Source: Oopsacas minuta (taxonomy: Eukaryota; Animalia; Porifera). Taken from it: a stretch of DNA of 53,913 nucleotides. Under the pieces are notes generated by a model. It was not told where the DNA came from, searched no databases, and worked only from the letters and a program-made list of their open reading frames with translations. Position 1 is the stretch's first letter. The number at the start of each line of letters is the position of its first letter. Below, piece after piece: positions 39,070 to 48,960 of the stretch. Position numbers and translations under genes: made by a program. The stretch covers positions 27,745 to 81,657 of the forward strand of contig JAKMXF010000085.1 of NCBI GenBank assembly GCA_024704765.1, in the 5' to 3' direction.

Positions 39070-39250
39070 CTGTACTTGGATTTCTGCACATTCTTGTAAT
39101 CATATGCTACCTGAGAAAATTTGTAATTTCCCGACCTCTCAAGACTAAAACTTCCAAACAAAAATTGGTTTGTTTCCAGGAATTTTATCTCTCATTCCGC
39201 GTGCACAAGATCTTCCAACATGATCAGGGAAAAGAATTCTCAGTAAGGTA
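39070..39250 (+). pseudogene. Retroviral-type integrase core fragment (Ginger/GIN, Gypsy or Maverick-like)
   Basis: KFVISRPLKTKTS...IFQHDQGKEFS resembles the rve core around the second Asp. Confidence 0.6.
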
Positions 39251-40173
39251 ACTCATATTTCTACATACTCGAGATCAGTAATTGTAAATACACCAAGTAA
39301 ATTATTACCGATGCACAATGCTGCATACTATATTGGATTACATACGTATCATGCTGCATTGTAAATTGTCAGCGCATTGCTTCAATAATCCTCTAGTAGG
39401 AAGTTATGCGTCCTGATGGCCATATTTAAGAAACCGTGTAGAAATTGGATGTTCATTTATGTGAATTACGAACAAATAAGAGTTTACGAATTGATGCTAC
39501 TACTGTGGGTGGATTTATGCTATATTAATCGCTTTATCGTTCTAGCTATTGTTATACAAGACTATGCACTTGCGCGTAGTAGAGTGTTTTGTTCTCTTAT
39601 TTACTTCCAAAATAGGAATTTCAAGAATATCACAAGAAGATAAATGTCAACGCCAGAAGAACCACAGCATAACACACAGAAAGTATCGGACTTGTTGAGT
39701 CACACAACATAATATTGAAAACGTAAGTATTGATACTAAATATATAAATATATGTAAATTTTATATGCCCAACTTACGTAAAATACATGTCGATGATAAT
39801 TCGATAGCTTTGAATCAATTTATATTTTTACAAATATACAAATGCACAAGATACAATCTAACTGGGACATTGAATAGACTGAGAAATTCCAAACAGCATT
39901 ACTAGCAGCAAATACCCAAACCAAAATTTCTACAAACTACACACCCTTTTATCTCATGCTTGGGAGAGACTTTGATTCATTTAACCTTTCCAATATTATC
40001 ACTTCTCCAACTAACCCCGATTACTCACCAAGCAGTGGCGGATCTATGGAGGGTATGGGGTATGCATACCCCCTCGCCAGCTTTGTTAAATTATTTATTT
40101 CGTCTACTTAGTAGAGAGACTAAAGTACATACTTTGTTATACCACAGCCCTAATGAATTTATTCTCTCGACTA

Positions 40174-41510
40174 CAGGGTGTCTCAAAAGTCTTTTCCTCT
40201 TATGAATACCACTATAATATAGAATTTCTTAGATAGATTCATCTTATTAATGGCCTATATAATCACAATTAAGTTTTATAGATGAATTAATTCGACTTGG
40301 CATACCATCAACTAAATTCTCAAGTATCGACGGGCTAATCCCATTCCATTTATTTTCCAAATATTTTCCGAGCTGTGTTAAATTTGCAGCGTGCTTTCTC
40401 TTGTCTAGCTCTTCTTACATAATAGACCAAAGATTTTCGATGGGATTCAAATCTGGGGAGTTACTAGGCCAAATACCTTTCTCCCAAAAGCCAGGTAGAT
40501 GCTCTGAAAGCCATTTCTGGGTGCTTATGGCTGTATGAGCAGGGGCGCCATCCTGCATGAAAATTGTCTCGGACATTTTCGACACTAAAAGTAACCCAAT
40601 CACCCCGAGATCAGAAATGCGAATTTCCATCCTCTGTACACTTCCCCAAGATTTCATTAATATAGTTCCCAATATTCACTGAGCACTGTGGGGGATGAAG
40701 TATAGTTCTGATAGCCTAACCGGCTCATTATTCCACAGAACATCATTTTCGGGGGATATTTGACTGATACAACTGGGGTAGTGTTGTGTGGATTAATGTC
40801 CCAAACACGACTATTCTGCCTGTTAGTCCGATGGAAAAGCTCAAAAGGGTTTTCATCACTAAAAAGAACTCTTTCCCAATCAAGACCAGTCCATGTTTTG
40901 CGTTCCTAACAGAATTCTAGCCTCTTTACCTTTTGTTTTTCAGTCAATTTCGGGTATGAGGGCATTTTATAGGCTTTCGCTTCGATTGTGTCGCGTAAAT
41001 AACGGTGAATTGTGTCTTTACTAACGGTCACCGACTTGGATGAGATATAGTTAGCAAATTTTTGGGTTGAATTGTATCGTTTCCCGATTGATTTTCGAAT
41101 GATAATTTTCGGAACCCGGGAAAGCTTCATCGGACGTCCAGACCGGGGCTTGTCATCAAGCAAATATCCAGCTCTATGCCTTTTAAACCAGTTCCGGACT
41201 GTCCGAATTGTGACTCCAAGAGTATTGGCGACTGTTTTCTGCGTTGAATCCGCTTCAATCATGTCAATCGCTCGCTCACGAACAGCAAATCTCGGTTTCA
41301 TGACATCCATGTATGAAATTTGTGGGGTTGAGAAAAATCAAGAAAAAATATAAACAGATTATCAACTAAGGAAATGAAGTATTCATTATAGTATTGGACT
41401 ACTGTAGACTAATAATAATCTGAAAAATGGTTGGTTTGTAAACAATACTGTTTGATTTATAACGACTTCAATCGAAGTACTGAGGAGGAAAAAACTTCTG
41501 AGACACCCTG
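40174..41510 (-). mobile_element. Full-length decayed TRT (DD37E) element
   Basis: TIRs cagggtgtctca[a/g]aagt, TA flanks; QDGAPAH...WPSNSPDLNPIE spacing 37. Confidence 0.92.
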
Positions 41511-42310
41511 TATAAGGTGTTAAGAAATGGATGTTCCCTTTAATAACCCCCGCTATTCTCTAGTTTAGTCTAAATTGACATGGTACTACTTTCTTATGTA
41601 ATCTCCATGCAGTTTTAGACATTTTCAAATTCGACAAGGCATCCCAGCTATGAGTCTTTCTACTGTCTCCGATGAGATTTCCTTCTAGGCCAAATTTAAG
41701 TGAAAAGACAATGTATGTTTAAGAAATAAACAGCACAAACAAAGAGTATGGCAATTGGCAATAAAAGATAACAATGGTAACTCCATCATGGGGTGCACTT
41801 AAAAATTTGCTGAGCATCAAGAATTTATATAATTGAGGAAACAAGAAATTAGTTCTGATTCAAGACTATTTCATATTCACCTGATTATACAACAGTCAGT
41901 GAGATGAATTAAATTTAGTATGAGATGATGTGTGAAATTCCAAGGTGTTAAATCGCAAGGAGAATGATTTCGTTATTTCTTACCTGTTGTGTTCAACTTT
42001 TGCTGTCATACGTTTTCTTTTGAACCTTCCGAATCATGATTGATGTTTTAATAGCAGTCAGCCTGTCAGTTTACGGCTTGAAGAAAGATTTTCTACTCGG
42101 AAATTTCAAATGTAAACAATCTCCTGAAAATCCAAGAAGCTGTAGCATTTTGGAATAACACCTATGATTGTTGGGAATTATTCGGTTTATAAAATACTGT
42201 CACCCCGAGTAAATATTATTGCTGTAATAGCTCATGTTTTCTTAATATATAATTAGAATAACCTACATATTGCTTAAAAGACAAATAAAGAATATATACT
42301 ATGTGGTATA

Positions 42311-43605
42311 CAGGGTTAGGCATAAGTTCTGCATCAAGTATAAACTCGCATATTTCTTATTTTACCATAATAGTAGTTGAAATTCATAATGAATTAGTGA
42401 GTATACATACTATGGATACGAAATTAATTTAGCCCTTCGAATGTATTAGCCTTTGCTGCGATACATAAGTTCAATCGCTTATAGAAATTATCGACAGTAG
42501 CACACAAAACGACCTCAATGATTAGATCCCACTATCTTCTCAAGAAAGACTTCAGACTTTCGACATTCTTGTGAGGTTTTGCACATGCCTTAGACTCTAA
42601 GATGGACCATATACAGAAATCCATAGGGTTTAAATCTGGAGATGAGGCCGGCCAGTCTTCAGTTGTTATAAATCCCGGACATTGAGTTTCAACCACTCAG
42701 ATGTCATTTTGGCATTGTGGGAGGGAACGGAATCTTGCTGGAACACCCAATGCGTGCCATTGAAGTGCTCACCAGCCCAAGGCTTTAATGCGTTCTCTAA
42801 AATGCTCTCTGCATACACCTCTTTGTTAATTTTCACTCCTTCGTCAATGAACACCAGAGGTGTCTGAGCATCAGAGGTAATAGCTACCCAAACCATGACT
42901 GATGCAGGTTTCTAGGTTCTTTTGATTGTGCGTAATGATGACGATATAGACTTTTGATCTGGAGCAAGAATTCGACTGTTGGTGATTATATGCCATTTCT
43001 ACGGTAAAAATCTTCTCATCAGAGAAGACAATACTCTGGTGCGTGTCACTAGTGAACCTTCTTCTCAGAATCAGATATTTTTCATACCTACGCCTCTTAT
43101 TCACCTCAGAAAGTAACTGTACCTCTCGAAATTTCAAGCATTTCAAGCCTAAATCTTCTTTTACTATCCACGCCATACATCTGGGTGTAATATTGAAGTC
43201 TTTTGCCATGTCTTGGATGCTTCTGAAAGGATTCTTCCTGACCCTCTCCGGACGAGCTTCCTAACAGCAGGAGTGCGAACAGAACGAGGTCTACCTTTTC
43301 TGAACCTGTCCTGAGTACTACCAGTCTCCTTGTAACGTTTGATGGTACGATAGACTATCCATCTGTTTATGGACGGTATTTTGATAATCCGGAAGCTGAC
43401 TGCCTTCATTATGATACAAGATTATCAATGACCATTTAGCTTCTTTGTCCATAAATCCCAAATTTTTTCTAGTAGGACTCAGTACTCTAAATATCGTTTA
43501 AAAAGATATTAAAGATAGTAGATGATACATAAATATTCACCTAAAACCATTCGCAGAACCTCTAGCTTAATTTAAATTTTGTTGCAGAACTTATGCCTAA
43601 CACTG
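42311..43605 (-). mobile_element. Full-length decayed maT (DD37D) element
   Basis: TIRs cagggttaggcataagttctgca / cagtgttaggcataagttctgca, TA flanks; FSDEK, QQDSVPSH and WPASSPDLNPMD, spacing 37 after one frameshift. Confidence 0.92.
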
Positions 43606-43609
43606 TATA

Positions 43610-43754
43610 CAGGGTGTCTAATATGTTCTGTTATACATTTTCGCGCCTTGGACAGTAGCTATTAATATACTTATGAAGTAATCTTCTAGAATTTCTTGTA
43701 GCATTTTTGGCGCTCTTTCAAATTATACCAAGTATATATCATTCAAGTTGATGA
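43610..43754. mobile_element. End of another Tc1/mariner-type element, truncated at N43755
   Basis: TA then cagggtgtctaatatg TIR, directly next to the maT end. Confidence 0.55.
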
Positions 43755-43755
43755 N

Positions 43756-43982
43756 ATTCAAATAAGTAAAGTCATTTATATTCCAGATAATTGAATCAAA
43801 ATAGGCATGCTCATCTAGCATTATAGTAACTAGGTAATACTATACCATTGAAAAAATGGATATTGGATTTCAGAATAACTAGACGAGCTAGAGAAATTCT
43901 GATTGCAGATTCGAGTTCAACATTCAAACGTATGCTAGGATAAATGTATGTGATCTCTGATGAGAAATCTTGTTCACTTGTG
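43756..43982. mobile_element. Possible Chapaev3-like end
   Basis: 'aattctgattgcagattcgagttcaac' resembles 1-30; ends cttgtg + TAA. Confidence 0.35.
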
Positions 43983-44589
43983 TAACAAGTAAAATATAGA
44001 ATTTTACTGAAAATATTTCAAACTTATGAAATATATATTTTTGGATTTTGTCCGGTCTGGACAATGAATGACGTGATATATTTGGCAGCTATTAGCCAGT
44101 TGGGAAAGTGATTAAATTGTTGACTAATTTTTATAACATTAGTTATTTATTAAACTTTTGTTAAATTTTGTCAAACAAGAGATGCTACACTTCAATCGAT
44201 GAGAAATATTCCAAATTCACACTTTGACAGAGCCAAGCTAGACACCCACAAATTATTATCTAGACTAACCTATCAATGATGAAACTGTTGGTACAATATA
44301 GATTTATGATCAGAAGATGTTTTTCACCCTTATATTTAGTATTTGCATCAAATTTGATGACATACTTTAGGGCCTAGGAATTTACGGTTGGAAAATATAT
44401 ATTTCTATAATTAGAAATATGCAACAAGTTGTGCGTAGTTAGTATCCCTAACTGCTTCTAAAGCTGGCAATGATATTTTCGTACTATTGGTACTCTCGAG
44501 AATTAGAAAAATGCATTGAAATATGTTATCATAATATGCCTATTTCCCCATGTTGCCACACTATGCTATATATATATATGACTACAATT

Positions 44590-45040
44590 AGTTTTTGTAC
44601 TTCAATTCACCTCAGTCTTATGTAAAACATAAGTATTCGTACATCACCTACACCCGGTTCATTTTGCACATTAAATATTAGTACATTAACTACACTACAC
44701 TCACTTCCATATGATAAAAATTATACATTCCATACTTTGCTCATATTTTAACCGTGAATATTTGTACTTCCAATACACTTTAGTATATTTACCCCTTGAT
44801 TTTTGTACATTCACACAAATTTCTCAGAATACTCGTATAACTTTTTGTACATTCAGTACACTTCAGTCATATGTCTCCAATGAATCTTTGTGCATTCCCT
44901 GCACTTTGTTCATATTTTTTCAATATATATTTGCACCTTCAATACACTTCAGTAAATGTGTAGCATAGAGATTTGTATATTTAATACACTTCAGCAATAT
45001 GTATACTATAGATGTTTGCATAATACTACAGTTCAGTCGT
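44590..45040. repeat. Degenerate tandem repeat, roughly 40-bp period
   Basis: Recurring tttgtac/tttgcac...tacacttcag units. Confidence 0.6.
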
Positions 45041-46314
45041 GAGTACTACATTATATAAGTATATAATATAATACATAACCATATGAGTAATGTTGAAATT
45101 TTAAAGATAATAATTCGTGAAATTCTCGTGTAACGTTAAACAATTTAAACATATTGTGAATTTACAAAAGTGTCCTAGCCTCCACTCTTTATAGCAAAAA
45201 ACTGAATTGCATGCCCTAGGCTCTTGAATAATCAATGGAGCAGGTCAAGCCCCGTTCCTGAAATAGGAGCGCTCATTAGTTCGATATATGCTTCTTGTCA
45301 CTCCGAGAAATTACAATCTAAAAATCTACATTTGAGAAATTACAAAATTTGTCAGACAAAACCTGACATGTCAGGCCTGTAGTCATATCTTGGATGTTAA
45401 TTTTAGAAAGGCCATTATATGAATATTTTCAACTAGCCTTAAGGTCACTATCATATTAAACTATAAATGGAAATATTTAGAACTAGCTTGTTTCCACAGC
45501 TAAATGTAGTGAATAAGATTAGTTATCGCCCAGACATATACTGAATTTCTGTCTTGAGGGTGCTAGCTATAAAAAGATTTTACTGTTATCATTCTATTTT
45601 CAGATTTTGCTAACTCCTGCTGCCCCTCTACCTTTACTGTTTCTAAATTAGCTGTGTATTTCGCTATATAGACTCTCGTCTATATTCAGGTGTTTAGTTT
45701 GTTTATATGATTGTTTATACGTACGCAGCTTAACTAGTATGCTATAATATTGATTCTTATTGTTTGATCGAATCTCATCTGCTCATTTCCAGGACATCTT
45801 GGACAAGCCATCCTACAGCTTCCATTGTAAAGAGGTGAGTACTAAGTAGATTCATTTAACCATGGATACATTCACCTAGGGCTGTCTTAGGATTTGGCAA
45901 AACCCAGGTCAAATGGTCCGTTTGACTTTGTTATATGCAACTGTCACCATATACAATGACATGCTTTATAATACACATAATACTATTACATTCGTATCAT
46001 CTGCTGCATTATAAAATTCACTGTTCTTGAATAAATTGATGCACCTCATTCGTTCTGACAATTATGGACACAAGACCCCCTCAAGACTGTCGATTATACA
46101 CAGAACGTCGGGTTCGAGCAATAGAACTAATACGCAGAGAAGCTGAGACCAGGCGCATGTTGGCAGTCAGAAGAATCCAGGAAAATTTGAGTATGATACA
46201 GCGTATATACCGGCGGATTATTCTTGTTACAAGTATCAGGGATTTCAGGAGTCACAATCATTTGCGCGTTCGTGAGGTGACTCAAGGCTGGTTGCTGCAG
46301 GCAGTGGGTGGTAA

Positions 46315-47386
46315 CTAAAAAACATTCACACTGGTTGGTAACACACATGGGGGAACAATCATATCAGTGGAAATGTCCGAACACAGAGAGACTGTGCTCT
46401 GAATCACAGACGAAGAGTTAGCCACTTCAACACAAGAGAGGTTGTCAGTGCGATCCTTGTGGGCATGCAATAGCAGCAAATGGTTCAATCGCTTCTGCTT
46501 CATTGTAGTTCGCAGATAAGTCTTCAGACGCCTCATGGCACTAAATGACCGCTCGGTGACAGCATTGGTTGATGAAAGAACCACAAAAAGTTTCACCAGA
46601 GTGAAAAACTCACGTATCAAGGAACGCTCTGCCTCTGATAAGGTCTGGATGTATTTCCTGATATCGTGAAAGGACAGTGTTGGAGACTTAAGCTTGTCAG
46701 GGAATGTTGTTCGAAAATTTCGAGATGCAGCCGGAGATGAGAAGTGTCGAAATCATCAAGGTAGAAGTTTGCAACGAAGTCGAAATATTCCTGTGTGCTC
46801 TCTCCGAGGAGAGTGTGAATGAGAAGTTCCTCCAAACGTCTATATACATTGTAGTCAGGCTGTTCAAGTCTGTCCTCTATAACCTTGACTACCAGGTTGA
46901 GGAACTCAAAGTAAGGCTGACGATAGTGTGCCTTGCAATCATCGGGAAAATCACTGGTGCACCATCACCATACCGCTTTAATATTTTCCTCCTTCTTGGA
47001 AACTTAGGCTCATACACATCTAGATCTTGCTGAGCATTGATCAAATGATCCCAAAAGATAGTGAAGTGGTCATCAGTGCGAAGTGATCTCAGTGTTGTCA
47101 CTGTCATGGTGGCGATGTTGGCATCTTCAGAGGCAGACATGGATGTTGATTGGAAGGTCCTACCCAAATTATCAGTGTGTTTTAGAACCTGCTCGGCAAG
47201 GTTTACTCAGTAGAAGAAAATACAGTTGTTATATTGGGATTGAACACCAATGATTCTCCCCTTGATAGTAGGATCGGAAGTGGAATCCCTCATAGTCTCC
47301 CATAATTGCTGAAAAGCAACATAGTTGGAAAGGAGCGACTTCAGAGAATCCGCAAGAACTGTCCAGCAAGTAGGGCACAACACGCG
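46315..47386 (-). mobile_element. hAT 3' half
   Basis: RVLCPTCWTV; VTERSFSAMRRLKTYLRTTMKQKRLNHL (hATC dimerisation motif). Confidence 0.88.
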
Positions 47387-48246
47387 CACAGTAGTTTTAA
47401 ATGGCTATACGTAGGCTTTATGGTCTTGGGTACATTTAAAGTGCATACAATGTATTATGTATCTATGGGTTATTGCATATGGGTTACTGCATATGACTAG
47501 TAGATTGACAGCAAAATATTTTTGGTATGGCTCCTATTTTTTGAGTTTTGATAACGTAAGCAAAGTTTGCGAAACATAGCAACCAGCGTAAATCTATTTA
47601 GGTTGGAGATAGGGGTATACAATATATTATTTACTAATGGGTGGTCACCATTTATAGTAGATTGACCAGATTCAGTGTTTATATGGCTTCTATTATTCTT
47701 GTTATGATGACGTAAGCAAAATTCTAAAAGTTGAATTCCTGAAATATGTGTTTTCTCAGTTATTTAGGTAAAGAGTTTATACTAAAATTATGTACCAAAG
47801 GGTAAAGTGTCTAGATTATCAATTTAATTTTCTTTTCGCTCTATATTATTACGCAATAGCAATTTTATGAAGCGAAAAAATTGAAATTTTGGAATTTTAG
47901 GGTGACCTGGACATTTTGCGTGTTCTTAATACCTAACGGTTAATTATCTTGTAAATTTAAATAAAACTATTGTAGCCTTATTGCGACCCAAGTGTTTGCC
48001 CTGGCATGGACTCCTCAGTTGCGTCGCCTTTTCCGCAATACACTTCAGATGGATCAGAGTTACTTAACGTTTTCGCCACTGGGGATATGCCGTTGCGGGT
48101 CGCGTTTCCATTATCTGGGCTCACCATGATTGGGATTGTGTTTCCTGAATAGCCTCGGACAGAGGTCCCCACAAGGTTCAATGTACCTTGCCTTTGAGCG
48201 CTTTCGAAAAGTATTTGTATGGAAGTTGAAGATAGAAAGCAAGACG

Positions 48247-48960
48247 CTACCCAAATATTAAAGAATTAAATAGTATGTCTTGATCGATAGTCTGGTGAAG
48301 CAAATTTGTACATTTCAGCCTGCAGGTGTGTCCGATCCCTCCACATTCCTTACACTTAAGGACATTGCGAAAACCTATCAGAACTGGATCGCTTTGGCTC
48401 AACAGACGGGCAAATATATCTCTGGAATTTGTTGTCAATGAAATTTTCCTCACAAGATGTTCACGATATTTTCGGATTAATTTATTGTAAGCCTCCACTG
48501 CTTCTTCAGAGAAATTCTTTAATCCAAATCCTCCATTACAATCTCGAATTAGTTCAGTGAAGTGAGCAAGTAGACGATTGAGAGATGGAGTAACATTTAC
48601 CCAAGGAAAGTTAGAGAGTATCGATTCGTAGGTGTCCCTACAAAGAGAATTCAGTTTGTCTGTATCTACTGCATGAGTACAGTTGAAGATACTCAATAGA
48701 ACTGATAGATTACTATGCAAAGAATTAATTGGCTCTCTCATATCTTCTGAAATCAAAGTGGAAACCCAATAAATAAAGTTATTTTTAATGAGAAAACACT
48801 GTCTTGCCATATTTCCAGTTGAAGTTGTTCCTCCATCACTGGATGGTTGATCGATTCTCAGCCCTGTTTTCTCGCATAAAAACTCCCGGGTAAATTTCAT
48901 TGAATCCTTTATCACTCTAGAAGTTGGCAACCATTTAAAAGTACGTGAACGCATGTGGTA
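48247..48960 (-). pseudogene. RAG1-like/Transib transposase, C-terminal part
   Basis: TPSLNRLLAH, FSEEAVEAYNKLIRKYRE (third catalytic residue) and SDPVL, then CKECGGIGHTCRLKC. The N-terminal ~30 aa of the listed ORF are hAT TIR sequence. Confidence 0.88.

Noticed and set aside
47387-48246. RAG2-like gene convergent with the RAG1-like gene
   Set aside because: Only ~860 bp available, no long plus-strand ORF and no kelch/PHD motifs.
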